This document shows positions 29,413-39,220 of a DNA stretch of 64,000 nt, in pieces. This DNA comes from an uncultured Candidatus Saccharibacteria bacterium (GTDB lineage Bacteria > Patescibacteriota > Minisyncoccia > Phycocordibacterales > WO2-35-19), in the NCBI GenBank assembly GCA_964630525.1, contig CAZVUY010000001.1:44883-108882 (forward strand), given 5' to 3'. The stretch's first letter is position 1. Every line of letters starts with the position of its first letter. Made by a program: the position numbers and the translations under genes. A model generated the notes under the pieces. It was not told the origin of the DNA and did no database searches. It saw only the letters and a program-made list of their open reading frames with translations.

Positions 29413-29814
29413 TTAACTTTGAAAATCGATTTCGAAAGGATACATACCCATACTACAACCACCCTTCATCACCCCAGCTATCGGCGTACCAATATCAATA
29501 TCGGTCGACCCAGAAAAGTCGAGGCTCTGTCTGATTTTCTTCTCTGGGATACTGACTGAGGCTGAACAATCAAAAGTACCTTTGGAATCAAATCTTAGAG
29601 TAGTGGGAATACCGGCTTTGGCCACACTCCGTCTTGGCTGATAACCGGCTTTCGCCCGAATTTCGATGATTTGTCGGCCGTCCACCACCTTGACATTAGC
29701 GCCCGGTGCTATCGTTTCTCCCAAATTTTGCTCGACTTCACGATCTCTGGTTAGCCAGAAAGCGCCTCCAATGAGTAAAAGAGCGATCAGAATTGAAGTA
29801 GCGGTCTCTTTCAT
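29413..29814 (-). CDS. Cupredoxin-like domain protein
   Basis: GYQP, AG.P..L.F, C...., CSMGMY. Confidence 0.82.
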   Translation of the reverse strand: MKETATSILIALLLIGGAFWLTRDREVEQNLGETIAPGANVKVVDGRQIIEIRAKAGYQPRRSVAKAGIPTTLRFDSKGTFDCSASVSIPEKKIRQSLDFSGSTDIDIGTPIAGVMKGGCSMGMYPFEIDFQS

Positions 29815-29827
29815 GGCTATATTTTAC

Positions 29828-30898
29828 TTAAAAACCAAATAAAGGCGAAATCACCCCTGCTGCCGCCAAACTATTGACCAAGTTGAATAGCGCAAAAAGA
29901 ATGACGATCAGACCAGCCGTTTTAAAGAAAATCCCTTTCTTTGAGCTATGGCGCACACTAAATGAACTAAAGCTGACCAAGGCTAGTATAGGCAACGTAC
30001 CAAGGGCAAAAACCAACATAGTGAGACCGCCAACCAAAAAACTACCAGTAGAAAGAGTGTAGATCTGCATTGATTGAGTAAAACCACAGGGCAAGAAAAA
30101 AGTGAGTGCTCCCACTAAAACTGGCGTCAAAACATGGTTGATCTTGGACAGACCAATAGTATGCCTAGATAAAAATTTTGGCATACTTGGTTGTAGTTTT
30201 TTAGTGAAGTGAAAAAGATCAAGCAGGTTGATACCCAACAAAAGCATCACCCCCACTATCAGTATGTTGAGAATAAGATTCGTGGTTTGACTGAGAGCAA
30301 ACACCGAGCCCAAAACCCCAATCAATCCACCAAGGACGAAAAAGAAAACGAGGCGACTCAAATGAAACAGGGTGATCGACTGGCTAGCGCTTCGCCATTT
30401 TTGCGAATTGGCCGCAAAAGAAGCCGACATTGACAAGACCAGACCACCAACTACAGCCATGCAAGTCGAGAGAGAAGCGATAACACCAATCAAAAAAATG
30501 GTCGGGTAATTAAGTTTGGTAACGTTGACCAAATTGACTAATCCGATTTTTTGTAAAAAGACGAAAAGGGCCACAAAAGCCAGAGCAAGTAGCGCCGCCA
30601 CCCTTAATTCTGACCAATTATATTTTGGTCTTTTCAATCCCGAATCTGCCAGTGGGAAAAGAGTGTAGCCATATTGTTCAATAAATTCGGTCAGCGCTTT
30701 AGCCGCCTCGCTCTCTGACATTTCACCAAAATAACCCGAGACTTCTAGCGTCTGATTTTTGAGACTTGCCTTGACCGCCGTTACATAAGGAACCGCTCTA
30801 ATTTCACTTTCAGTCAAAAGCTCGCAAGAATGGCAATGCATACCCTTTGCTTGAAAAGAAAATGTCTTCAAAAGATTCGTGTCTTGTTGTTTATCCAT
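29828..30898 (-). CDS. HMA domain plus DsbD_2/TauE-like membrane protein
   Basis: GMHCHSC, STCMAVVGG, FFLPCGFTQ, FALGTLP. Confidence 0.85.
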   Translation of the reverse strand: MDKQQDTNLLKTFSFQAKGMHCHSCELLTESEIRAVPYVTAVKASLKNQTLEVSGYFGEMSESEAAKALTEFIEQYGYTLFPLADSGLKRPKYNWSELRVAALLALAFVALFVFLQKIGLVNLVNVTKLNYPTIFLIGVIASLSTCMAVVGGLVLSMSASFAANSQKWRSASQSITLFHLSRLVFFFVLGGLIGVLGSVFALSQTTNLILNILIVGVMLLLGINLLDLFHFTKKLQPSMPKFLSRHTIGLSKINHVLTPVLVGALTFFLPCGFTQSMQIYTLSTGSFLVGGLTMLVFALGTLPILALVSFSSFSVRHSSKKGIFFKTAGLIVILFALFNLVNSLAAAGVISPLFGF

Positions 30899-30902
30899 AA
30901 AT

Positions 30903-33230
30903 TTATAGTCGTTTTGCCTTTAATCGTAATGAGTTGCCGACCACCGAAACACTCGACATCGCCATAGCAAACCCGGCAAATATTGGCGAGAGTAGCCAAC
31001 CAAAAATAGGATAAAACAAGCCACCTGCGAGCGGAATACCGACAATGTTGTATACAAAAGCCCAGAAAAGATTTTGCTTGATACCTGTCATGGTAATTTT
31101 AGAAAGCCTAACTGCCTGAACAAGTTTCGAAATATCACCATGAAGCAATGTTATCCCTGAAGATTCGATAGCCACATCTGTACCAGTCGCCATAGCAATA
31201 CCAACATCAGCTTCAGCAAGTGCCGGTGCATCGTTTACACCATCACCAACCATAGCCACTATTTTACCGTTTGATTTTAGATCTTTTATTTTTACAAGTT
31301 TTCCTTCTGGTAAGACTTCCGCCACCACTTCATCAATACCCACTTCACGGGCAATATATTCTGCTGCGTTTTTGTCATCACCCGTAAGCATCACTGTCTT
31401 TATCTTCATTTTGTGAAGATTTTTGATCGCCTCTACTGCTTCAGGTTTTATTTTGTCACCAACAGCAACAAAACCTAAAACTTTTTCTTTGGTTGCTACA
31501 AAAACAGGTGTTCTTCCATTTCTGGTTTCTTTCTCCATCTTTGACAGTTCAAAATCAAGACCTAACTCTGTCATTAATTTAGCGTTACCGGCGTAGTATT
31601 CAACCCCGCCAATTTCCCCCTTTACACCTTTGCCTTTTATAGCTTCAAAGTTTTCAACTTCTTTTTTAATTTCGATACCATTGTTTTTGATATAAGACAC
31701 AATGGCGTGTGCAATTGGGTGTTCTGATTTTTGTTCAAGAGCAGCTAAAACTTGGAGAACTTGTTCTTCTCCCATACCAGAATAATCTTGGATTGAAGTT
31801 ATTTCAGGTCTACCAACAGTGATGGTGCCCGTTTTGTCCATCACTAAAGTATCGACTTTATGAAGTTTTTCTAGAGTAGCAGCATCTTTGACCAAGATAC
31901 CCTCTCTTGCCCCCTTGCCGACACCCACAATAATCGCCGTCGGAGTCGCCAGACCCAGAGCACAAGGGCAAGCAATAACAAGAATACTAACAAAAGAAAC
32001 TAGCCCCAATGAAAAGGCTTCTCTAAACCCCAAATAGCTACTACCAACAGCAAGCCACAGCCCGAGAGAGACGACGGCGAGCACCAACACCACCGGCACA
32101 AAGACTGCAGAAATTTTATCGGCCAAAGCTTGTATTGGGGCTTTGCTACCCTGCGCCTCTTCAACCATTTTTATTATTCTAGAAAGCATTGTTTCCGACC
32201 CAACTTTGGTCGCTCGAAAAACAAAAGAACCAGTTGTATTGATGGTGCCACCAGTTACGATATCACCACTTTTTTTCTCGACTGGCATCGGCTCCCCACT
32301 AATCATAGACTCATCAACATATGACAAACCTTCTACCACCACCCCATCTACTGGTATAGAGCTTCCGGGACGAACAATGATCAGATCGTTATGAGCAACT
32401 TCATGTATCGATATCTCTTCTTCTTTTCCGTTGCGTTTTACAAGAGCTGTTTTGGCTTGGAGATTGAGAAGTTTCTCAATGGCATCGCCAGTTTTAAGTT
32501 TAGATTTTGCCTCAAGATATTTACCAAGAGTAATGAAGGCGATGACTACGATGGTCACTTCATAATAATTTTGCTTGGTGTTAATAAGAGACGAAAGACT
32601 CAGCTCAAAAGCTGAGACAGTAAAACTATATAAAAACGCCACCAAAGTACCGATACCGATCAATGTATCCATGTTGGCCTTGCCATAACGCAAGAAACGA
32701 TAGACACCCATCAGATAAGGTTGGCCAGCCACAAAAAGAGCGTAGGTAGCAAAAACCGGCATCAAATGATGAAAGAAATCCATCCAAATTTCCGGTATTT
32801 CTACAAAAAAACCAAGTTTAACACCAAATTCCCAAATCATTACCAAGATACTAATGAACGCGATCGGGATAAGCGCTGTCACCTTACTTTTGAGATCGGA
32901 GATTTCAGAAAGTTTCTCTTTTTTTGATTGGTTGAGACCAAGATGGGCTGCATGTTCTTCTTCGGACATACCCATTTCCTTGGCACCATGCATAAATTCA
33001 GCGCTAGAAATATCTTGGCTTTGGATAAACGTATAACCTAAGGGTTCAATTTTTGAAGAAAGCTTATTTATATTGGTTTTTGAAGTATCAAAATCAAGTT
33101 TGGCAGCTTCAGTACCATAATTCACTTCTGCAAAGTTTACCCCCTCTTCTTTTTTCAAAGTCTTCTCAATGATGGCGGCACAAGAAGCGCAATGCATCCC
33201 TTTTATTCTATAAGTCTTCGTGTTTTTCAT
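30903..33230 (-). CDS. copA: Copper-translocating P1B-type ATPase
   Basis: [40 protein letters not shown] and MAMSS. Confidence 0.95.
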   Translation of the reverse strand: MKNTKTYRIKGMHCASCAAIIEKTLKKEEGVNFAEVNYGTEAAKLDFDTSKTNINKLSSKIEPLGYTFIQSQDISSAEFMHGAKEMGMSEEEHAAHLGLNQSKKEKLSEISDLKSKVTALIPIAFISILVMIWEFGVKLGFFVEIPEIWMDFFHHLMPVFATYALFVAGQPYLMGVYRFLRYGKANMDTLIGIGTLVAFLYSFTVSAFELSLSSLINTKQNYYEVTIVVIAFITLGKYLEAKSKLKTGDAIEKLLNLQAKTALVKRNGKEEEISIHEVAHNDLIIVRPGSSIPVDGVVVEGLSYVDESMISGEPMPVEKKSGDIVTGGTINTTGSFVFRATKVGSETMLSRIIKMVEEAQGSKAPIQALADKISAVFVPVVLVLAVVSLGLWLAVGSSYLGFREAFSLGLVSFVSILVIACPCALGLATPTAIIVGVGKGAREGILVKDAATLEKLHKVDTLVMDKTGTITVGRPEITSIQDYSGMGEEQVLQVLAALEQKSEHPIAHAIVSYIKNNGIEIKKEVENFEAIKGKGVKGEIGGVEYYAGNAKLMTELGLDFELSKMEKETRNGRTPVFVATKEKVLGFVAVGDKIKPEAVEAIKNLHKMKIKTVMLTGDDKNAAEYIAREVGIDEVVAEVLPEGKLVKIKDLKSNGKIVAMVGDGVNDAPALAEADVGIAMATGTDVAIESSGITLLHGDISKLVQAVRLSKITMTGIKQNLFWAFVYNIVGIPLAGGLFYPIFGWLLSPIFAGFAMAMSSVSVVGNSLRLKAKRL

Positions 33231-33234
33231 ATTG

Positions 33235-33501
33235 TTAGCTTATCTTTTTAAGACGGTAAACTTCTAAAATTTCTTTGGTCGCCTTGCCACCTTCGCCTTT
33301 TTTGATTTGAGGCACCAAGCAAGAGCTCAGATGGTTTTCCATAATAACGTCTTCAATACTAGAAAGAGCTCTTTTGACAGCGGAAGTCTGGGTAATAATA
33401 TCAATACAATAAACACCCTTCTCCACCATTTCTTGTAGCCCTCGAAGCTGCCCCTCAACAATCTTGAGTCGGCGCACAATCCTTGATTTTGGTGTGATCA
33501 T
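33235..33501 (-). CDS. csoR: CsoR/RcnR family metal-sensing repressor
   Basis: [28 protein letters not shown]. Confidence 0.9.
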   Translation of the reverse strand: MITPKSRIVRRLKIVEGQLRGLQEMVEKGVYCIDIITQTSAVKRALSSIEDVIMENHLSSCLVPQIKKGEGGKATKEILEVYRLKKIS

Positions 33502-33507
33502 GCCTGT

Positions 33508-33536
33508 ATGGTATACCCCCTGGGGGTATTTGTCAA
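33508..33536 (-). promoter_or_regulatory. sigma70 promoter with a CsoR operator in the spacer
   Basis: Minus strand TTGACA-17 nt-TACCAT-6 nt-ATG; perfect palindrome ATACCCCC T GGGGGTAT at 33513-33529. Confidence 0.88.
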
Positions 33537-33578
33537 ACAAAAAAATAAAGAAGTGGGGATAGTAAAACTATTTATAAA

Positions 33579-33690
33579 TTACCCAAAATAGCTTCTTTCG
33601 CTTTGCACGGATATTTTTCTGCTGAAAAATTCCTGCGTAGCAGGCTTCAGTCAAGCCTCGCAAGGCACGCTCAAGAACTATTTTGGGTAA
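33579..33690 (-). repeat. Structured ~110-nt palindromic element (family with 52965-53073 and 57702-57806)
   Basis: 13-bp terminal IR TTACCCAAAATAG; internal GAGCGTGCCTTGCG and AATTTTTCAGCAGAAAAAT shared with 57702-57806. Confidence 0.75.
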
Positions 33691-34136
33691 GTCGTATTAT
33701 TTTTAAACGGAGTGAGGTGAGCGGCGACGCCGATCGCGGCAGCGACAATGAGCACATTTTTGATGATGTACTGACCCTCGAGAGTTGGGACCATGACCCC
33801 TGTCCAAGTCTCGCCCGGCAAAAGCACCAAGGGGCCCAACGTGGTGATCAGGTGAACCAAAAGAAGTGGGATCACTACCCTCTCCGCTCCCCTGATCAGG
33901 AACAAAATACCAATCAAACATTCATACAAACCAAAAAGGACGATGAAGGTCGAAAATTCCATGATCGGCATCGTCTCGTTGAAAAGGTTTTGGACCACTT
34001 GGCTCGCTGGACTCAAACCAATCACTTTGAGCGCCCCAAACCAAAAGAAGACAACAAAAAGCGCCAATCTAGATACCGGTATCGATATCTTCCGACAAAA
34101 ATTTATGATCTTGAGGTCAATCTCCGAAATTTCCAT
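33678..34136 (-). CDS. DoxX/DUF417-like membrane protein
   Basis: RLALFVVFFWFGALK, G.YE..IG, TLEGQYIIKN. Confidence 0.8.
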   Translation of the reverse strand: MEISEIDLKIINFCRKISIPVSRLALFVVFFWFGALKVIGLSPASQVVQNLFNETMPIMEFSTFIVLFGLYECLIGILFLIRGAERVVIPLLLVHLITTLGPLVLLPGETWTGVMVPTLEGQYIIKNVLIVAAAIGVAAHLTPFKNNTTYPK

Positions 34137-34232
34137 GGTTTTATTATAACCTAAAAATAAAGCGTGAACATCGTGGGTGCACCCATGCGGGCACACTCCA
34201 AAAATATAGTCGACTTCGTCTCGTTATTATTG

Positions 34233-34305
34233 GGTGGCTACCCGGTGTCGATCCGGGACTTAGAGTTCCACAAACTCCCGTGCAGGCCGCTACACTATAG
34301 CCACC
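34233..34305 (-). tRNA. tRNA-His(GTG)
   Basis: Cloverleaf G-1 GTGGCTA...GGAGT TT GTG GA ACTCT...CCCGG ATCGACA CCGGG TAGCCAC C. Confidence 0.9.
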
Positions 34306-34514
34306 ATCATTCAAAAGCTTAGAGCCAGTAATTTAAAAGTTTATAGCTTTAAGCAAAACACATTCTTACACAAAAATTAGACTTTTTCCAGTTTAACCAG
34401 CAAATAGTTACTCAGCCTCGTTAGGTCATAAGGGTTTAGGCTCTCGGCTCGAGTACTATTTGCTGGTTTTCCCTCCCCTGCTAATGGAAGGGCCTCACGA
34501 AGTGGAGGGTGGGG

Positions 34515-35162
34515 TTATCTATAATCCGGCGCTTCTTCAGAAATACCGGAGGCATGAGTAACATAGCGAGCCAAAGCGTAGAGTATGCTAGAAAGGCGAT
34601 TCATGTAAGCGCGGGTATGGCTGCCGATAAGGTGACGACTGTTACCACTTTCCTCTTTTTGAGACGGGAAATCCCTTTCAAACAAAGTCTGGTTCATCTG
34701 CTCCTCGGCTACCTGGACCACTCTCCTCTCCGCCCGCCTCGCGATCGTCCGAGCAACGTCAAAGATAGAAGCGAGCCCGGCGCCAGCCAATTGATCTTGA
34801 TCAAGATAAGGTGAGCCACCCGAAATGAAGAAGGTTTTGATCGGGGGTAGCGACCTCTCGATCGTACCGATGATCTCTTCCACTTCTTTCACTTTCCTCT
34901 CCTCAATAGTTTTCTCCGCACCAGCCAGTTCGGCTTGGATGATAAAAAGATTTTTTTGAATATCATGCACTATTTCTGCTATCTTCTCTTGGCCAAGCTT
35001 CAAGCCCAAATAGGCCGACTGCACTTTGCAAAGTCCTAAAAATGAGTTTATTTCGTCCAAACTACCCAGAGCTTCAGCGATCGCCGAACTTTTTGAAATC
35101 CTCTGGTCGCAGCCAAATGTCTTGGTTGTGCCATTGTCCCCTTTGCCGGTAAATAGTGCCAT
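34515..35162 (-). CDS. PduO-type cob(I)alamin adenosyltransferase
   Basis: FTGKGDNGTT, GSLDEINS.LG, ARTIARRAERR, YMNRLS..LYALAR. Confidence 0.88.
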   Translation of the reverse strand: MALFTGKGDNGTTKTFGCDQRISKSSAIAEALGSLDEINSFLGLCKVQSAYLGLKLGQEKIAEIVHDIQKNLFIIQAELAGAEKTIEERKVKEVEEIIGTIERSLPPIKTFFISGGSPYLDQDQLAGAGLASIFDVARTIARRAERRVVQVAEEQMNQTLFERDFPSQKEESGNSRHLIGSHTRAYMNRLSSILYALARYVTHASGISEEAPDYR

Positions 35163-35232
35163 AGTTTTTAAAGCTAGCCCCTAATGCCGCCAATATAGCA
35201 CGTCTGGCTTTTTATTCCATAACTAATGTTGT

Positions 35233-35401
35233 GTGCCCAGAAGAGGAGTCTCGGTCATTACATGACCAGTACACCTTTCGTATCTCCTTATCCTTCGCGC
35301 TGCTCAGGAGTGGAGATTTACTCAAGGTTTTCTCGTCCTCTCACGCAAGCAAAGCAGTTTGCTTGCTCTGGGCACCAAAAAACTGCCATTCCGCAGTTTT
35401 T
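35233..35401 (-). mobile_element. tRNA-3'-associated structured element A (after tRNA-Leu)
   Basis: Ends in a 14/15 direct copy of the tRNA 3' end (35233-35247); GCAAGCAAA/TTTGCTTGC hairpin; homologous to element B. Confidence 0.7.
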
Positions 35402-35486
35402 TGGTGCCCAGGAGAGGACTCGAACCTCCACGCCTTGCGGCTTACCCACCTCAAGGGTAAATGTCTACCAATTTCAACACCTGGGC
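35402..35486 (-). tRNA. tRNA-Leu(GAG)
   Basis: GCCCAGG...TACCC TT GAG GT GGGTA, long variable arm, GGTTCGAGTCC, encoded CCA. Confidence 0.95.
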
Positions 35487-35585
35487 ATTACAGGATAAGT
35501 ATATTCAAATTCGAACTTTTTACAATCAAAAACTTTTTGGTTTTAGTTCCCCTCCCCCTTGGGGAGGGGTTAGGGGTGGGGCTTT

Positions 35586-36053
35586 TTAGACTTCTGTTTT
35601 TTCAGCTTCTTTTTCTGGATTTTCAACAATAGTTTCTTCCACCTCCTTTGGCTCGACGGAGTCTTCTATGTAGTCGGCTGGTACTTCCCTTACATTTCTC
35701 ATTTGGCGACGGATTTCTTTGGCGGCCTTTTTGCGGATATGGTAGAGCTTGGCTCGACGGACTTTGGAGCGCTTAGTCACCTCGATTTTTTCAATCATTG
35801 GAGAATAGATAGGGAAAATTCTTTCTACTCCGACTCCACTCGCCACTTTGCGGATAGTGAAAGTGCCCCCAGCCTGCTTGCCATGCTTAACAGAAAGGCA
35901 AAGACCTTCAAAAGCTTGAAGACGGGTTTTAGGCTTGCCAGTTTTTTTGTCCTTCTCTACGATTTTCTGAGTAACTTTAATAGTATCCCCGGATCGTATA
36001 TCGAGAGCTTGTCTTTCTTTTATGTTTACTGGTGAAATTTTTATGGTATTCAT
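35586..36053 (-). CDS. rplS: 50S ribosomal protein L19
   Basis: GDTIKV, RLQAFEG, FTIRKVASGVGVERIFP, KVRRAKLY. Confidence 0.97.
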   Translation of the reverse strand: MNTIKISPVNIKERQALDIRSGDTIKVTQKIVEKDKKTGKPKTRLQAFEGLCLSVKHGKQAGGTFTIRKVASGVGVERIFPIYSPMIEKIEVTKRSKVRRAKLYHIRKKAAKEIRRQMRNVREVPADYIEDSVEPKEVEETIVENPEKEAEKTEV

Positions 36054-36110
36054 GTGATTTTGCGAAATCATTTCGACCCAACGTCCATTAGAGGCCGAAA
36101 ATTTACTTTA

Positions 36111-36959
36111 TTATCTTTGTTTTCCTACCTTTCTTCTAGAAACAATAAATTTATTAGAATATTTCTTAGAGCGGCGTGATTTTTGGCCTTTGCCGGTTGG
36201 TTTGCCCCAAAGAGAAATAGCTCGGCGGCGACCTCTGCCTTGCCTACCCTCACCTCCTCCGTGTGGGTGATCAACTGGGTTCATAGCAGTACCTCGCACG
36301 GTCGGTCTAATACCTTTCCATCTAGAACGGCCCGCTTTACCAAAGTTTTCCAACCTCTTCTCTTCATTCGACACTTCACCGATGCTAGCAAAACAGGTCT
36401 CTCTCACCTTCCTAACTTCAGAAGAAGGCATCTTGAGGTCAACATAACCGGCATCCTTGGCGATCACCTGGACAAAATTGCCCGCCGATCGGCCGATCTT
36501 GCTACCACCGTTTGGTTTTAGTTCTACATTGTAAACAAAAGTGCCGACTGGTATCTCCTTGAGAGGCAGACGGTTACCTTGTTTTATTTCAGCTTTGAGG
36601 TCAGTGACGAATTTATCGCCAACCTTGATATTTCTTGGCATCAAGACGTATCTCTTTTCACCATCACGATAGACAGCGAGCCCGATGAGTCCAGTGCGGT
36701 TTGGATCATATTCCACTGAAACTATTTTATAAGGCACCCCAATTTTGTCGTATCTAAAGTCAACATCTCGGAAAAGTCTCTTGTGGCCACCCCCTTTGTG
36801 TCTCACTGTGATCCGGCCAGCGTTGTTGCGACCAACCGATCGCTTCTTGCCAAAAGTAAGTGCTTTGAGTGGACCATCTTTGCTTAAGATGTCTTTGTAA
36901 TTTACCACCGTCATGTGTCGGCGGGATTTAGTGGTTGGTTTGTAAGTCTTGATGCTCAT
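36111..36959 (-). CDS. rplB: 50S ribosomal protein L2
   Basis: GRNNAGRITVRHKGGGHKR, EYDPNR, RPTVRG.AMNPVDHPHGGGEG. Confidence 0.99.
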   Translation of the reverse strand: MSIKTYKPTTKSRRHMTVVNYKDILSKDGPLKALTFGKKRSVGRNNAGRITVRHKGGGHKRLFRDVDFRYDKIGVPYKIVSVEYDPNRTGLIGLAVYRDGEKRYVLMPRNIKVGDKFVTDLKAEIKQGNRLPLKEIPVGTFVYNVELKPNGGSKIGRSAGNFVQVIAKDAGYVDLKMPSSEVRKVRETCFASIGEVSNEEKRLENFGKAGRSRWKGIRPTVRGTAMNPVDHPHGGGEGRQGRGRRRAISLWGKPTGKGQKSRRSKKYSNKFIVSRRKVGKQR

Positions 36960-36999
36960 ATCTTTGATTTAAGATGAAAGATTTAAATTTAAAATCCAC

Positions 37000-37287
37000 T
37001 TATTCGATCTTGTCACCTTTTTTTAAATAAACATAGGCTTTCTTCACTCCAGATTTCGTACCCTTTTTACCTCTCACAAACACGGCCTTGGCTGGATTGC
37101 GGACGATATTGATCTTGATCGGAGTCACCTTATAAAAAGCCTTGACTGCTTCATTGACTTCTTTTTTGTTGGCCTTATCAGAAATCTCAAAAGCGTAGAC
37201 CCCTTTCTCGACAGCGGTGTTGGCTTTCTCGGTGATTCTCGGTCGGAGGAGAACGTTTGCGTATTTTGCTTTTAGATCAGTAGCCAT
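37000..37287 (-). CDS. rplW: 50S ribosomal protein L23
   Basis: PRITEKA, KKAYVYLKKG. Confidence 0.96.
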   Translation of the reverse strand: MATDLKAKYANVLLRPRITEKANTAVEKGVYAFEISDKANKKEVNEAVKAFYKVTPIKINIVRNPAKAVFVRGKKGTKSGVKKAYVYLKKGDKIE

Positions 37288-37326
37288 TTTAGTGAATTTA
37301 AGATTGAAAAAGTAAAGATTAAAAGA

Positions 37327-37995
37327 TTATTTTAAACGGGCAGCAAGAGTGGCAATCGCCTTTTCCGGCTCGGTGACAACGCAATATCGATACCTAAGCA
37401 AATCAACCGCATTTAAATCCTTTACTTCACCAATTTCCAGGTTGCCAAAATTCCTGAAACTTTTGGAAAGGTTATCATTTTTACCAACGGTAGTAATAAA
37501 GGCAGCATTCTTTTTCCTGTTTATGTTGGCTTTGTTGTCAATCTTGGCAATTGAACTCAGAATTTCTTTTGCTTCTTTTGTTTTTGGGGCTTTCAAGGAA
37601 ATCTCATTGAGAAAGAGCACCTCTCCATCTTTAAACTTTTTCGAAAGTACCACAAAAAGAGCCTTGGTTTTCATTTTTTTATTGATTTTCACCGAGTAGT
37701 CACGCTCGTTGCGTGGACCATGAGCAATACCGCCACCAACCCAGATCGGACTACGACGAGAACCGTGCCTAGCTCGACCAGTACCTTTTTGTTTCCAAGG
37801 CTTGATACCAGTACCAGAGACTTCCCCTCGGGTCTTGGTGTGAGCGATTGGTGTTCGCTCATTGTTCAACATAGACTTCACCACCTGATCAACCAACTTT
37901 TCAGCCTTAGTATCCCAAGACAAGCCAAAAACATTCTCTGGTAGAGAGATCTTCCCTGTTTCCTTGCCTGTTTGGTTGTAAATTTTTGCTTCCAT
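37327..37995 (-). CDS. rplD: 50S ribosomal protein L4
   Basis: [35 protein letters not shown]. Confidence 0.98.
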   Translation of the reverse strand: MEAKIYNQTGKETGKISLPENVFGLSWDTKAEKLVDQVVKSMLNNERTPIAHTKTRGEVSGTGIKPWKQKGTGRARHGSRRSPIWVGGGIAHGPRNERDYSVKINKKMKTKALFVVLSKKFKDGEVLFLNEISLKAPKTKEAKEILSSIAKIDNKANINRKKNAAFITTVGKNDNLSKSFRNFGNLEIGEVKDLNAVDLLRYRYCVVTEPEKAIATLAARLK

Positions 37996-38033
37996 TTTGG
38001 ATTGAAAGGTTGAAAATTTTAAATTGAAATATC

Positions 38034-38648
38034 CTAATTGCCTTTAATTTCTACCAAAGTGCCTCGCCTACCCGGTATTGCTCCAGCGACAAGCATTGTA
38101 TTAGTTGAAGAGTCGATCTGCAACACTTCCAGATTTTTGACTGTCACCCTCTCTCCGCCGGTTCGGCCAGCCATCCTTTTACCCTTGGCCACTCGGCCCC
38201 CATCACGACCGCCACCGCCGATCGAACCTGGCTCCCTTTCAGAATGTTTCTGACCATGCGAGCGTGGACCACCATGAAAACCGTGCCTTTTGACCACCCC
38301 TTGGAAACCTTTGGCCTTGGAAATAGCGGAAACTGTCACCTTATCGCCAACACCGAAGATTTCGGCTGATATTTTGTCACCCAAATTTACATTGACCTGG
38401 TCTGGTCTATATTCTCGCAAAACAGCGAAATGACCTCGATCTTTTAGGTGACCCTTCAGAGATTTGGATAGTCGCTGTTCTTTAGTAGCAAAAGAGGCTA
38501 CCTGGACAGCTTCATAACCATCCTTTTCCTTGGTTTTTAGTTGGGTTACCACTGCTGGCTCTACATTCAAAATAGTAGCTGGCTTGACTACACCATCTTC
38601 CCCAAAAACCTGGGTCATATTCACTTTTTTGGCCAAAATAAACTTCAT
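38034..38648 (-). CDS. rplC: 50S ribosomal protein L3
   Basis: KVNMTQVF, DGYEAVQ, KGFQGVVKRHGF, MAGRTG. Confidence 0.98.
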   Translation of the reverse strand: MKFILAKKVNMTQVFGEDGVVKPATILNVEPAVVTQLKTKEKDGYEAVQVASFATKEQRLSKSLKGHLKDRGHFAVLREYRPDQVNVNLGDKISAEIFGVGDKVTVSAISKAKGFQGVVKRHGFHGGPRSHGQKHSEREPGSIGGGGRDGGRVAKGKRMAGRTGGERVTVKNLEVLQIDSSTNTMLVAGAIPGRRGTLVEIKGN

Positions 38649-38729
38649 ATAAAAATGCCCGAGATACGATACAGGGCTTTAATAAGCTAACAAATATAGA
38701 ATTAAAATGCAAGCTCACCTCAATGTAAC

Positions 38730-38811
38730 ACAAAAACTAAAAACAAAAATTCCGATCTGCGTGGGAACCCTTTAGGGAGGAGCAGTCGGAATTTTTGTTT
38801 TTAGTTTTTGT
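38730..38811. repeat. Perfect 26-bp inverted repeat between rpsJ and rplC
   Basis: ACAAAAACTAAAAACAAAAATTCCGA (38730-38755) / TCGGAATTTTTGTTTTTAGTTTTTGT (38786-38811). Confidence 0.9.
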
Positions 38812-38820
38812 ATTTGAGCC

Positions 38821-39189
38821 CTATACGATCTTAACCTCAATATTCACCCCAGAAGGCAAAGAAAGGTTGGTCAGAGCATCCATGATCTTTGGAGAAGGGT
38901 TTACGATATCGATCATTCGGCGATGAACCCGCATCTCAAACTGCTCTCGAGCATTCTTGTAGACAAAGGGTGCGCGGTTCACTGTGTATTTCTTGATCTC
39001 AGTCGGCAGAGGCACTGGCCCGACGACTTTGGCATCATAACGCAGCGCGGTATCAATGATCTGCTTGATCGAAAGATCAAGGATCTTGTACTCATAAGCC
39101 ATCACTCGGATACGCAATTTCGAAACATGCTCATCCTTTTTTTGATGTTTTTTGCCGCTGTTTTTTTCTTTTGTTAACGTACTCGACAT
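38821..39189 (-). CDS. rpsJ: 30S ribosomal protein S10
   Basis: LRIRV.AY, GPVPLPT, REQFEMRVHRR.IDI, LPSGV.IE. Confidence 0.97.
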   Translation of the reverse strand: MSSTLTKEKNSGKKHQKKDEHVSKLRIRVMAYEYKILDLSIKQIIDTALRYDAKVVGPVPLPTEIKKYTVNRAPFVYKNAREQFEMRVHRRMIDIVNPSPKIMDALTNLSLPSGVNIEVKIV

Positions 39190-39220
39190 AATTTTAACCC
39201 TCTTTGGCGTGATCGGTAGT

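Noticed and set aside
35226-35632. Short ORFs over tRNAs and their elements (also 52508-52771 and 53592-54063)
   Set aside because: They overlap clear tRNA cloverleafs and structured repeats; no coding signal
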